The notes: generated by a model from the letters alone, not told the origin. A stretch of DNA of 63,899 bases, filler included, from Dimorphilus gyrociliatus (GCA_904063045.1; 5 parts of 5 records of this genome joined end to end with filler, not necessarily neighbours in it), one strand, 5' to 3'. Counted from the whole stretch's first letter, positions 13,401-25,569 are shown. Program-made: numbers and translations.

Positions 13401-16400
13401 GTTATTTGAGAAATGTGTATTTGATTCTTTTTCCCAACTCCTAAAGGATGATGACACTTTGGACCATAAATTAGTATTTCATCATCTTCTAAATATCTTC
13501 CAAACAGTTGAAGAACTAATATTCCAAACACAAATTTGCTGGTTGGATTGAAGCGGAATCCGGTACAAATAAGATCGGAAGGAAGTTCAATGTGATTATA
13601 GTAACCTTGACTCTCTTGAATGAAATAATTCTGTCAAGATAAGACAAATAGCTAGAAATTGTTTTTTTTTCATTAAAAATCTTATATTTACAATAATATC
13701 TCCATCTTTATCTCGAACAGCCAGCCATTGGTCATATAAAGATCTTTTATAAAAGACTTGTGCTCTCTTTGTGAATTGAATCCAATGATATCTAGCAGAT
13801 GTTGTAAAGGCAGTAACTCTAACCATTCTCTCAAAATTCACTTCTAAATAGCATTCAAAGTCAAAGGCAGGTTCGCAGATAGCAACATTATAATTAGGAA
13901 GAGTCGCTCCAAGTCGATAATCAATATAATTTTGATGTAAGTGATGAATGCTTACTGTGACATTATAATCTTCAGCAGTTTCTAAAAGTCCTTCTGGCAT
14001 TAGTTTGTAACTTTTTTTATCATAGCAAAATTTCTCAAAGAAGTAGAACGTATTTGTCACTTGAAGAAATTTTGTATCATCATATTTCAACATGGCACTT
14101 GTTACGTTATAAAGTTCGCAATTGTCTCTTCTTAAATTCCTTTAAAATAAGTTTTTTCATTTGAAAAGGTTAATGTATTTTATATTTATTATACAAACAC
14201 GTGTTTCCAAGCAATTGATTTACACCAGTCATGAGAAATACAATAATCCAAACAATGACTGATATCTGCGTGATTTAGATTTGCAATAGCGTTACTCACC
14301 AACTTGTGATGTGCTTTTAGAGTATAGATTGGTGCACATTTTTCCTTATCATTAAAATCATTTTCATCATCTGGTACTGTTGGTGGAAAACTTTTAAACT
14401 TTCAATATTTCAATAAAGTTATACTAACTATTTGCTTTCGTTTCACACATTGCGTAACCTTTTTCAGTACATCCGCTATCGAAGAAAAAGTCTCTTTTGA
14501 TCAAGCATTTCAAGGATAAGTTGGGAGAATAGTTAAAAATTCGTCTTAAATAGTTTGTTACAGGCGTTCCGTCAGACCAAACGTATTCACTTAGTGTTGA
14601 TGTTTGCTGAGCTCCTATATAAATACCATAGCTCAATGCCCTACAGATATTCATACATGTTATTTAAATATTTAGGTGACGCATTCTATTCAAAATATAT
14701 GTACTTTAATTTATAAAATCTTTTAACTAAGTCTGTTTCAAATGTATTTTTAGGCATCACCAGATAGCCTTGACCTTTCCAATAAAATCCTGATTCGCAA
14801 AATTTAAGACACTCTTCAAAAGTTCCTGGTGTTTCAGAAATCATGTAGCATTTATCCAACTGTCTTACTGAACCTGGAGGGCAAATAGGCGCTCTTTCAC
14901 CATACAGTTCAAATCTGATACATTCTTTTGGTCCATTACTAAACTGTAGTTGAATATGCCTAAATCGTAGAGCAGGCGATGAGAAGATAATTGTTTTATT
15001 CACTTCGAATTCGCAAGTTATTTCCTATGTGTGTTGTATGTTTGTTTTTTTTAAAAAAACAAAAAATAAACTAAATTCATAAAAATATTCTCTAAAAATT
15101 CAAGACACTCACCTCATCCATTTTAATCATATTTGTTTTGTTATATTGAGCTCCAAGCACAGAAATATCATTGCAAGCGTCTCTTAATGAATTTTCTTTA
15201 TAATACATCAAAATTCTTTCAATGTAATGTATAACGCCCAAATCGGCTGACCACCAGCCATCTAAATCATTATTCTGCTTACACCAGAAAGTTTCTTCCA
15301 AATTCAATGCCATTTTGGACATAGTTTTCTCAGATGATGCCGAAATTGTTTTAGGGAATTTAATAGTTGTATTCAATTTGGGATGTTGAGCTGGGTAACC
15401 ATAAAGCTCCATAGTAATACCAGGGCTATTTGCATATTTTCCAGTATTCGTAAATTGAATATAACGAGCAATGATTGGCTGATTAAATGTTACTTCAGAA
15501 AGTTCATTTTTGTGATGGACCGTAAACTCTATAATATCTCCATTCTCTGTTGTTACATAAGACCATTGTGTAGGATTATCTGTATACATTACTTCGAAAC
15601 TTTTTACATATCCGGATGCACCGCATTCGCCTTTTGATAAAGTTTTTACAATACAATGTCGAATTCCAAGGTCAAATTGCCATTTCCCTTTCACATAAAA
15701 GTATCCTATAGTGTCAAAAACGGGTACGCAACCCAAGCGGATTTCGTGGATTCCACGGTTATTGTCTTGAGTCTCTTCAGATAACATTTGAGAATTCAGT
15801 ATATATTTACTGGCTAAACCAAGAGGTTTAATCAGCTTTTCAATTCCAGTATGATTACAACCATAGATTTCAATCCTTACAGCAAATTTTACCTGATATT
15901 CTGCGGGAGAAAATCTAAGATATTGAGCAATAAGATGTGGATCAAAGGTATTTTGAACAGCAGTTCTGTGATTAGTATTTCCAAAAAATTTCTAGAACAA
16001 CAAAAGAGAGAAAGGGTAGTTATGACAGAACTTTGAAGCTAGAAAAGAAATATTTTTACCCGACGACCTCCATGAGAAGTTCGTACGCTGTTTAACGTAT
16101 CTGTTCTATTGCTGATGTCTATATAAAAAGACTTTACCCATGAAGCATCAAAACTTCCTGCACCTTCAATTTCTATTCGAGTCGCTTGAATGATTCTTCC
16201 AAAGTTAAACTAAAGAAAGGTTAGTCCTTAGATTAGTAAGATAATTAAGACGTATTAGAAAGCACCCATTTAAAGCAACACAACTCTGATTGCAATGAAA
16301 CAACACCCCTGTTGACTCAACCCTAACCTTGACCGTCAATTTTCAAATAGGCTTTTAGCTTAATAAGTATATTTAGCTTGTTTTATACTAACTTTTAAGT

Positions 16401-19400
16401 AAGAATTAAGATTTACTCCATAAAAATAACCACCGTGTACTGGATGATTTGAACCATAAAATTGGCGATCAACCATCCGTAATTCAGATATTCCATATTT
16501 AGCGCTGCTTGGTACAGAATCGGCTTCTATATTTGAATCTGGAATTGCATTTGGACCGTTAATTAAAGGTTCTTCGCAACCTTCTGCAATTGTATATAAT
16601 TCCCACGAATCCCAATAAGCGACATCACGTTCAGCCTCAGAATTAGTAGGAGAGTTAGTAGTATCATTGTATAGATAGCACAGTTTATTAAAGTTATGAC
16701 TGGTAAAACTGAATCCTTTGCATTGAAATCTCTTTTCGTTTTTGCATAGATAAGAACAACTTTCCATTTGAGCAGTTTCGTAAGTTTTTACCAAATGCGC
16801 ATTATTCAATTTAGCATCAGCTAAATGAATCCACTTGACTTTTCTTGATTTCAATTTCCCTAAATGTAACAAATATTTTTTAATGATTAAAGAGAAATGA
16901 CATAAATTAAGTTAATTACGATGATTAGCCTTCATTTCGCATGTATAATAACTGTAGTCAGTGTTGCAGTCTACACTTTGCCATTTAAAGGTAACGTAAG
17001 CTACACAGTGTTTACTCAACGAACTAGGCTCTCCAGTCATATAATTGCGTTCAAAATTTGTAAAATTATGTTGAGCATTATTGGACCATTGCCAATTTAA
17101 ATTTGGATTGAGCATCTTCATATGAGGAGTTTGTGGAACCGAATTATTTACTGTCAATCCAATGAATGATCTATGTCCAGCTCTAAGAATGTTTATAGTA
17201 CGTTTGAGAACAGAAACGAAGCATAATACAAACAACAAACAAACAAACAAACCTTTGTGATATGGACACACAGAATGAGTCTTCTTCTATGGAAGAAATT
17301 TCAGTAAGATACGCCTTATCAGTCCAAAGAATATTATCGCAAACACGGTTTATTTCGGCGGCAGTCCCAAAAATTGAACCGGGAAAGTGTTGATAGCAAG
17401 AATTTTCATATTCTACTGTATTAGGTGGACAGACTTCAGCTTCGCATGCATCAATAGAATATTCAATGCATGGAAAAATAAAATTTGTATCTATACTCCA
17501 AAACAACAGACGTAATTTTGTAGCTGAATGAAGATTTAGCAAAGTTATATTAAAAGTTTTATCATCTAGTTTGTCGATTTTGTATTTGTCTAATGATCTC
17601 CAATTATTGTTATCCTTTGACCAATCCAACTGCCACTCTGGAATTGGTGTAGTACCAAATCTAATTTCAAAGGAAACTAAATGATACAATAGATCAAAAT
17701 CAATAATGACAATAGATTCTGCTCTTGGATATGTTGCATTTGCAGTTTCATTGTAAAACATAACAGTCTGTTTTGTCATTGGACAAGTTGCTGTTGAAGT
17801 TGTATTACTTTCAATATCAAGTTTAGGACAAACAGCTGTTAATAAAAAGAGATTGAATTAGAAACAAATTTTCTATTGAAATTTGCGATTTTTCACCGTC
17901 TAAAATCCCATAAAATTCATATTCTGAACATCCGAAGCTATTCCATGTATCAGGATGAATACGAACATATCTAGCCCTTATAGGTTTTTCTAATAATACT
18001 TGAGTAGGAGTAAACGTTATCCGTTCTCGTACTCCGGTAAATAATATGACGTCACCATTACTATCTCTTAACCTTTCTGCCAATTGATCAAAGTGATAGG
18101 CTACTGACATACTGAATAACTCGAGATAGCCTTGAGAAAGTGGATCAGCACCTATAGATAATCCATGAAATTGAATTGGCAAGGACCACATTACATCTAA
18201 CCAATGTTCTTTTGCAGTGGCAAAAAAGCAGCTGTGTTGAGAAGGATATTCTTTTTGACGACCCCTTAATCTTGCCAGAAAAGGAGGATTGTGATTGGCA
18301 TCAGAAGTAATTACCCTTTTTGCAGTTAACTGAACATCGTCTATAAGACCAGTTTCCATTCCCAAAGCAACTCCTTGAATATCTGTAAGAAGTTTGTTTT
18401 GTTCAGGGTTATTGCTCAACGTCGTTTGGTTTGACTTGACCCCCACCTGCGACGTGATATCAAGTCAAGCTGACCGACAATGATACGAATCATAGTCGAC
18501 AACCCTCAACACATAAGACACTCTCATTATTTATACTCTGTTTAAAATTTCTTACCTATAGCCGTAGTATCCAATTGACAACCGCGAATTGACAAACGCA
18601 AATCCGGTGCCTTATACCAATGAGATGGATTTATACGTATACATCTTGCAACAATTGGATATTTGAAGAGGGTAACTCGAACTAATGACCAGGAATCATG
18701 TCCTATCGTATACTTAAAAAAATATAATAAAGACTAACTAATGATTCATGAAAATTGGATTAAAAAACTCAATTTTTCCCTTACAATAGGATCTCTTGTC
18801 TTGTGTTTGTAGTACCAGGAAAAATCCAGGCAATTCAAACTGTGTAAAAACAAGTTGTGTGATATTGAATTTCCGCTTATGCTTTCTCCTCCCAAAAGAT
18901 GATAGCCAGTTATGTTGTATATATTTATAAGATCCACTTGAAGCCATTGATATAAGTCATGAGTTTGAAATCTAAATGTTCCGAGATAATTGTCTTGTCG
19001 ATAACTTTTGAATTTAGCCTGCTGAGGTGAAGAGTTTTCAGAAGTGCTAACGCTGGACGCCGTGAAGCTTGATTCGGGAAGATTATCTATAACGTTGTTC
19101 TCCTTCATACAAGATGGTACAGCGTCACCTTCACATTCCCATTGATACAAATTGTGAAAAATACTCAATAGCACATTTTCATTAAAATTCTCTGCATAGA
19201 CCTTTGATGGATATAAAAAACATTCTCCATTGAATGTAGTCCAGACAACGCTATGACAAACGCCATGTTTACCAGAAAAACATTCCTAATTGGGAGAAAG
19301 ACAGAGAAAATACTAATGCAAGACAGATTATCAAAATAGTTTACCTGAAGACAAAAGTCTCTTGGAGCAATGACTTTAATAGAAGGACTCGTATTTCTAT

Positions 19401-20065
19401 AGGATTTTATGACATGCCATTGTGGTCTGCAGCCACTCTTATCAACTTTATCGTGTTTTTTAAAAAAAAGCAAAATATACATATATTATATATATTTAGA
19501 AATTTAGATAAATGTTGACTACAAACTTTTTGGCATTTCACATATATATCCAGGACTGCCAAATGATTCTGGAATATCTCTCCATAATCCGCTATCCCTT
19601 TCCATGTATACATATATTTCATTCCCAAAATGGGTATTTTCATTATGTGCAAAATTGTGAAATTTGAGTGGTGTGCCGTCACCCCAAATAAAATCTTTGG
19701 AAAATATTCCTTGAGAATCAACTCTCTTTAGGCCTATATAATATTGAGGTTTCAGGGAATTCTCAATATACAATTGAATGAAAGATAATTTCCTTGCAGA
19801 ATCAATTTTAACAACAGTTGAATTTTGACTATTACACAAAGAATCTATATGTAGAGGTGAATTTGAATTATCGTCAAACATTTTGATACAACTGTCAAGA
19901 TATCTTATCCATCCATAGGGACAATCATCACCTTTTTTCGTTAAATTAAACAATACTTTATAGAAAGAAAAAGAGAGAACAAAGATATACAATACCTTGC
20001 ACATTCACTGAATTGCCAATTGTTGATAATGATAAAATGATGCAAAATTTCAAAACTGACATCAT
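1..20065 (-). CDS. Giant multi-exon polycystin-1-like (REJ/GAIN/PLAT) receptor with lectin-rich N-terminus; 3' end runs off the window
   Basis: Exon 1 (20065-19996) encodes signal peptide MMSVLKFCIILSLSTIGNSVNVQ. A 64-nt GT-AG intron leads to GDDCPYGW (CTL). Consecutive minus-strand exons encode CTL, PAN, F5/8C, FReD, FTP, PKD repeats, REJ, GAIN/GPS, TM1 and the start of PLAT. Several introns were mapped in phase. Orthology to a named PKD1L gene is not assignable by eye. Confidence 0.88.
1959..2808 (-). CDS. REJ-module exon of the polycystin-like gene
   Basis: Acceptor at 2809, donor cag|gtggat at 1958. Motif NKPPFGGHCNCKPRSGFASITNFEISCLNW...LKYEY matches the REJ PP.GG.C.V.P..G....T.F...C..W pattern. 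Confidence 0.85.
2871..8481 (-). CDS. Single 5611-bp exon: tandem PKD repeats plus REJ N-terminal half
   Basis: ORF 2867-8500. Acceptor ctgttatag at 8482, donor ag|gtaaat at 2870. Repeated PKD signatures (TIDFGNGD...Y.Y..PG.Y.....I.N.V), then the REJ start (CYSPNASL...YKWKIF...LKIPKRQLEYG...LSYDPD...FKWYC). Confidence 0.9.
8544..9431 (-). CDS. Exon encoding beta-sandwich-like linker domains of the same gene
   Basis: Open frame from the acceptor at 9432 continues into ORF 8515-9129. Donor cag|gtaatt at 8543; a 62-nt intron joins in phase to the large exon (P-A-V-Q). Confidence 0.7.
9700..10231 (-). CDS. F-type lectin (FTP/fucolectin-like) domain, two exons
   Basis: NIARGKVALQ...AKQAIDG...DPWWVVSLLKTFNITGITVLNRRDCC|SSELSNFKVGV...LCKHFTG...IEC...GSYLVI...LSLCEVEI, matching the FTP fold pattern. 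Confidence 0.85.
10306..10890 (-). CDS. Fibrinogen C-terminal-like (FReD) domain
   Basis: WTILGQK...WSKSWSDYKNGF..DQEFWAGN...F.TYDSDN...C.....GWWF...C..SNL within ORF 10306-11136. Confidence 0.85.
   Translation of the reverse strand, partial: DCFSLPSSDFDVRGADRIAKLKCFEDWTILGQKLSSINDSWSKSWSDYKNGFESDQEFWAGNQLATYLTTAREYNGRIDMWSKDGSHIHNEFKTIIIKAESESYTKHISKFLSGSAMAADFLIGANFYTYDSDNERSCSQNTRSGWWFPSKDSCSSSNLLGSNAKWFVDSTNLRNAFNFQVEKMIFKIKSETTC
10900..12230 (-). CDS. Lectin module 4: C-type lectin, PAN/Apple, F5/8C
   Basis: CPPGYFLFGLKC...YTWPDG...C...SC (CTL); CLMACNEEIRFTCISFSFDTNTQDCVLY (PAN); GFWRP...YFEQSLTVSFFILQG...ITKFKIQSSLD...RYLKF...QIELYGC (F5/8C). Confidence 0.8.
12240..14900 (-). CDS. 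Lectin module 3: CTL, PAN, three F5/8C-like domains
   Basis: CPPGSVRQLDKCY...YIGA...YVWSDG (CTL); HCLDYCISHDWCKSIAW (PAN, 14340-14200); YLEVNF..VTAFTT; CHHPLG...YLQIDLGHVYHVTGFVMQ; third diverged domain 12770-12240. Confidence 0.78.
15092..17440 (-). CDS. Lectin module 2: CTL, PAN, three F5/8C-like domains
   Basis: CPPNTVEYENSCY...FIGL...WQWS...CVAY...WQSVDC (CTL); SCSYLCKNEKRFQCKGFSF...CYLY (PAN); CEEPLING...DSNIEADS; YVKSFEVMY...ARYIQF...MELYG; FWC...WWSADLG. Confidence 0.78.
17460..19931 (-). CDS. Lectin module 1: CTL, PAN, three F5/8C-like domains
   Basis: CPYGWIRYLDSC...YYIGL...FIWGDG...W.D...YICE (CTL); FCLQ|ECFSGKHGVCHSVVW..GECFLY (PAN); SSFTASS...WLQVDL; ALGMETGLIDD.QLTA...ARYVRIHP..W..C...EFYG. 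Confidence 0.8.
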
Positions 20066-20684
20066 TAGTGACTTTTTCCCGTTTGAACTTTGTATCTTTA
20101 TTGCGCTTATAAGAATGGTCATTTATCTAATTTTTTATTATCTATGAACAATAACTTTATGTTTTATTTCATTTATAATTTATTTAAATTAGTGAAAAGG
20201 TGAAAGGTATTTCAACTCTTTCTATAATTTCAAACATAGTCATCTCATACATAATTATGATCTGAAAAGTCGTTAATACAAGAAAAGGATGTTATATTAT
20301 TAAACAATAACCTTTCTCAATTATTTCTCTTTTCAACTTTATTGATTTCTTCTTAAGAAAGGCAAAAAAAATCGTTCAACCAATTGTCCCTCTTGGTTTT
20401 AAATACTTTAATTTTAATGTCCCTTGTAGAAAAAGGTTAAAATACAAAATTACAGCCTATTTTAGTATCAATACTTTTGAAATGTCATGTTTATCACTCA
20501 TTTTCTATTCAGTCGTGTTTTTTTGTCTATAAATTTTTCAGTGTAGAGGAAAATTTATAAATTTTAAATAAGGAAAACATTTAGGTATAGAATTTTAGAA
20601 ATGAAAAGATGAAGGAATATAAATTATAACGGCCCTTGATTATAAAGTTTAAGCCTAGGTTTGTGGCTTTATTGAGGTTGAAAG

Positions 20685-20835
20685 AATTTCAATTTCACTG
20701 ATTTCGGTCCATGTTAAAGCTAAACTAAAGGTTAGGGATAAAAGAGAAGAAATTACTTTACCCACTGATGGGTTAGATCTTAATTGTTAGGGTCTAAGTG
20801 TCAAAATAAGAGACGTTTTGTCCAAAGCATCCGAT
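20685..20835 (+). repeat. Copy of a dispersed non-autonomous repeat (also at ~44570-44705 and inverted at ~1660-1780)
   Basis: Shared blocks aatttca.tgattt...ccatgttaa.c.aaactaaag.ttaggg.taaaa..gagaaatta and terminal acgttttgtcc...catcc with the 44570 copy. Confidence 0.6.
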
Positions 20836-21256
20836 ATGCAGTATCTAGGTGAAATTAGAAAAAACTAAACTTATTTTACTTTGTAATCTAAGAGAATATC
20901 TAAATTTCAGGTGCAAACGTAACCATAGAGAGAGCGAAAAGTACCCAGGTAAGTACTTATATGTATAATTGATATGTTAGAAATATATATATATATACTG
21001 TATATATAAATTATACATACATAACAATGTGGTTTATTAAAATGCTATCATAGAAAAATAGGTGGAAAAAGTTTGATGGTTTCCCCTCAGTACAAATCAA
21101 TAGTTCCATCATTTTAAACAGTTTAAACAATTATTATTTTTCCCTTTTAAGCAAACGTTCTACTTAAAAAAGAACTACCCAAATGGAATGTAAGCCTACG
21201 TATCTGTTGTATTTGTTTTATTTCTGAAGAAAGCAAAAATCTCTTTAAAGCATTAT

Positions 21257-21876
21257 CTATTGGTAAATTTGTACATTTCCATAGGCTATGGGTAAAAGTC
21301 CATCTATTTCTGATTTTGCCCGACATTCATAGATTCCTTCATCCATCTTGGTAGGAAAGGGCAAGTCAACAACAGCCTATAAAGAAAGAAAGAAATATAT
21401 ATATATATATATATATGTATACTGTGTACGTGAAATATTTGAATAAAAGCAGAGATTTTTGTAGGAAAAAAATGATTAAATATTATTTTATTACCAAAGA
21501 ATGCATTGTGTCTTTGTTTGTCCAAGTATTATCTAATATTCTCTTATTATCTTTATAGATTTCTAAGTCAATATCATCTCCAAAATCATATTCAATTTCG
21601 CAATAAAAGCATCCAATTCTGCCAGGTAAAACAGGAATTGTTGAATTGAATGATCTTTCAAAATTAAGACCGTTATTTCCTTCATAAAAACAACTTCTAA
21701 AGTATGGATATTTTAAAATTTGTGCTGTATTTTTTTCTTTAATATGCAAATGTTTTATTGAGAAAATTGACTCAATCTTTGCATGATGATAATCATCTTC
21801 TTCATTTGAATTTGGATGGCGTGGTTGATAGAATGAATGGATGATAAAATCTATTTGACTATCAATATCTTTAGGA
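21257..21876 (-). CDS. 3' end of an Ig-domain protein gene (two exons: <21876-21495 and 21376-21257)
   Basis: ...FYCEIEY...LEIYKDNKRI...HSL|AVVDLPFPTKMDEGIYECRAKSE...stop. The D-x-G-x-Y-x-C motif is present and the splice sites are canonical and in phase. Confidence 0.7.
21395..21416. repeat. (AT)n microsatellite in the Ig-gene intron
   Basis: Directly visible AT run of about 11 units. Confidence 0.9.
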
Positions 21877-21976
21877 NNNNNNNNNNNNNNNNNNNNNNNN
21901 NNNNNNNNNNNNNNNNNNNNTTAATTAATTAANNNNNNNNNNNNNNNNNNNNNNNNNNNNNNNNNNNNNNNNNNNN
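21877..21976. other. Artificial contig spacer N44-TTAATTAATTAA-N44
   Basis: An identical 100-bp structure occurs four times; the 12-mer places stops in all six frames. Confidence 0.97.
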
Positions 21977-22248
21977 TCTTTTGATAAATAATTTACATAC
22001 AATATAATTTTTAAATATAGAATTGCAATTATTATTGTTATTATTGAGTTGAAAAAACAATAGGAAAAAATAAAGAATATCTTAATATTTGTATTGACAC
22101 TGCCAGTAGCAATATTAGTACAGATTGATGATTTTTGTTGAGTTGTCTAGAAAAGAAAACAAAAATTAGCTATAAATATTTTAATGTATTTAGTATGTTC
22201 AATACTACGTACTTCATTAAGAAAATATGAAAAAATTGACATTACTGT

Positions 22249-22880
22249 TGTACAATTTTGGTTATATTTTACATGCTTGAACTCTATTATTTTATGCAAC
22301 ATATACATGTACATCTTAAAACCTACGCAAGAAAATGCTATAACATTGGCCAAACATAAGTCTGATTAGTCAGCTTGAAGGCTCATCTTTAATTACCAAT
22401 AAAGGTTTGGCCAAGTTATAATTTAATTAACTTGCCTAGGGTGTGGCCAAGTTATAATTCAATTAACCTTCCTAAATGTTCAACCTTGTAACATCCTGTT
22501 ACTAAAGATAAATATGAACTACACATTTCGGCAACTGTAAAGTGATGATTGGATGTCAGAGGTAAACCTCAAAGTATATAAATCCTCACTATTCTCATTT
22601 GGCATGCAGCTTCCATCTGGACCCAAGGACCTGGGAGAATCATCTGGAAACAACCTCCACTGGAACCATCCATCTACTCCTCAACATTAGAAGACAGTTT
22701 GGTAATTTGGCAAACCTGCTTTACAAACTATCTACTCTGCTATTGAACTCTCATATTGTTACTTGCTTAAGTATTATTGCGAATAAACCGTTTTAATTTA
22801 AACATTTGTTTAAAGGTTCGAGTAGAACCAGTATTGTTATAACTTGCAAACGCATAGATTTTGCCAGCAAGAGCAGTACA
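22249..22880 (+). mobile_element. Solo LTR (632 bp) with 4-bp target-site duplication CTGT
   Basis: TGTAC...GTACA termini; CTGT at 22245-22248 and 22881-22884; near-identical to the LTR at 29297-29931; TATA-like GTATATAAA and AATAAA inside. Confidence 0.95.
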
Positions 22881-24269
22881 CTGTAAAGCAGAATATTAAA
22901 CTAAAAGTGACTTTTGTATTCATTTTCAAAAATTTTTCATTATCAATACTACAAATTGTTACATATCTATCTAGAGTTATAAAGAGTAAAGTTAAAGATG
23001 AAATATAGAAGGACGATGTCACTAGTATTCCCAGAAAATGGCAAAAATTACTATTCTTCCAATTGTACTCTGATTCTATGAAGATTCCCTTAAAATGTTC
23101 ATTAACACTAGAAATTGACAGAATATATATAGAAATTGATAATGTTGCTATGCTCAATAACATATTATTATATTTGGATGACATTTCTGATTTTGAAAAG
23201 AAATAGATAGAAATGACACTTAATATAACACCAAAAGATCCAAAAATCCAAAAGTTAAGAATAATAATATTTAAATTTAAAATATTTTTACATTGTTTTA
23301 AAATTTAAAATTTGAATTCACATGCTACAGTACTACTCAACTTTTTCCATACATAACAGCAATGTTTATAAAAATCAACTCGAATTGTTTGAATATTTTT
23401 TAAACTATTATTTTAAGATGTTTTAAATATTTAAAAACTTTTTGTGACAACTCATAGAGTTTAGTTGAAGAGAAATCTAAATAATTTAAATATTTACAAT
23501 TCAATGGAATTAAAAATGTTAATGAATTTGTTTTTGTTTTTGATATAGTTAAACTTTGTAATAAATATAAATTTGATATAAAAACGCGATTAATTTCAAT
23601 TTTAGTATTTTTTATAAATAGAAATATTAAATTTGGATAGAATTTGGTCACTGAATAATTTAAATGTAAACCATTTTCAATATGTAAAGAGTGAAGAGTA
23701 TTGGAAGACTTTTGAAAAGTTACTGGAATTGATCCATTGGTTTTTATTTCAGTAAAATATTCCAATGAAAAATTATTTTCAATTTTTTGATGATTACCAA
23801 AATTACATTCTAAATGAGAATATCTAGTTTGTTTACAATACATATTGTTATCACCATCTATTTGTTATTGAAATCCCCATTGAGCTAACTTTATAGTAGC
23901 ATTCATATGAATCTTTTGTATAATCATATCAACTTACTTCATCTTTACTATCGCAATCTTTTTTTCCATCATTAATCAAATAATTTGGAATAAAAATAAT
24001 CGGGACCAGTCGAAAAGTTAACAACTAAGTCAAAAGCGCATAAAAATTTTAACCAAAATAAGACACAATTGAAAATTCAAAAACTGGTTGCAGATTTAGT
24101 TCATTCAATTCATCTTACAAAATGGAATTGGATAAATTTTGGCAGTCAGCTTCTTTCATAAAAATACAGCTGTTTACTAAAACAGAATCAAGTTAAGCAT
24201 GATAATATGGTAAGTGTTGCAGAGAAAACTAAGGCATTATGCTGAATCTTTCTTAACATTAAAATATCT

Positions 24270-24400
24270 CATCTGAGAAGATGATCTGGAAGTAACCTCA
24301 ACTGGAACAAAACTTCTACTATTTAACATTGGATGCTAGTTTATTAATTTGGCAACCTGCTACTTGATACTATCTAATTATCAAGTTTATATTTTCCAAT
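24270..24400 (+). mobile_element. Older, diverged LTR relic related to the young LTR family
   Basis: gatctggaagtaacctcaactggaac...aatttggcaacctgct..tatcta aligns by eye to catctggaaacaacctccactggaac...aatttggcaacctgct..tatcta. Confidence 0.6.
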
Positions 24401-24479
24401 TTGGAACAGATTCTAAATAGATTTCTAATATTTAAACAGTCATTTTTAGTTTAACTTACAAAAACTAAAATCTACATCT

Positions 24480-25060
24480 ATTAGTCTATATGATAATTAG
24501 ACAAGTCCATTGCAAATTTCAAATAATTCACTTCTCTGTGCTTTCTTCCCATTTAAATGGATTTTTTCAGTTTTTAAATAATTTGTCCAAAAATTTCCAA
24601 TCTCTTTACTTTGATGTTCAGTTAATTTACAAGAAACAAATTTAATTTCTTTTAAAGTACTTGATGATTGGACAAGTCCATCACAAATTTCAAATAATCC
24701 ATTATCCATTTGACTATTCTAAGATAGATCAATTGTCTCAATTTTTAACAGCTTTTTAACAGATATCCAATTTTAATTGATTGATTTTCTCCAAAATAAA
24801 TAAATTTTAAAAGTTTGAATGATTGGATGAGTCCATTCAAAATATATAAAAATCCATTTCTCAAGTAATTTTTTAGCATATTGCCAAGCTTTTTAGATTG
24901 ATTTTCAGACAATCCACATAAAATAAAACCAATCTTTTCAGAAAATTCAAAGAATGGACAAGTTCATCAAAGATTTCCTATAAACGATAGGGCCATAGAT
25001 TACTCCCTTTAAAATAAAATATCCCATAGATAAAAGTATTTGATGATTGGAGGAGACCAT
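24480..25060 (-). pseudogene. RNI-like leucine-rich-repeat (NLR-type) relic
   Basis: NGLFEICDGLVQSSSTLKEIKFVSCKL... repeat units with stops and frameshifts; the same family as 61480-62000. Confidence 0.55.
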
Positions 25061-25569
25061 CTCTTTCCCAAAAAATAGCAACAAATCATAAAACATTTAC
25101 TAGACACTTTTTGAATTACATTTAAATATTTAAATGTAAAAAACTACTCAATTGATTTTCAATTATTTTTGAGTAGTATTACACAAATATTTTGGATAAA
25201 AGGATGACATTTAGGCTTTTTTTTTTAAATAAATTTTTTTTTTCATATAGTATTTTAAGTGTAGAATATTTTTTAAAAACTTTCAGAAAATGTATGCTCC
25301 AACAATATCATTTTAAATAACATTTTGCAAAACAATGCTACAGTTTCAAATTTAAAAATGAATAGGTTTTCAAATTTAGCAATTCAAACCAAATATGGAA
25401 ATTATATTTATTTATACAAAGAAAGTTGAAATATATTCCAGTAACATTGGTCATTCAACATTTACAATTTCTAAATATTCTTTTTGTAAATAGAATAAGA
25501 TAACTGATGGATCTGTTGATGATTTTATAAAAATGCATTTAGGGGAAGAAATTATTTTAACCTAACCCA

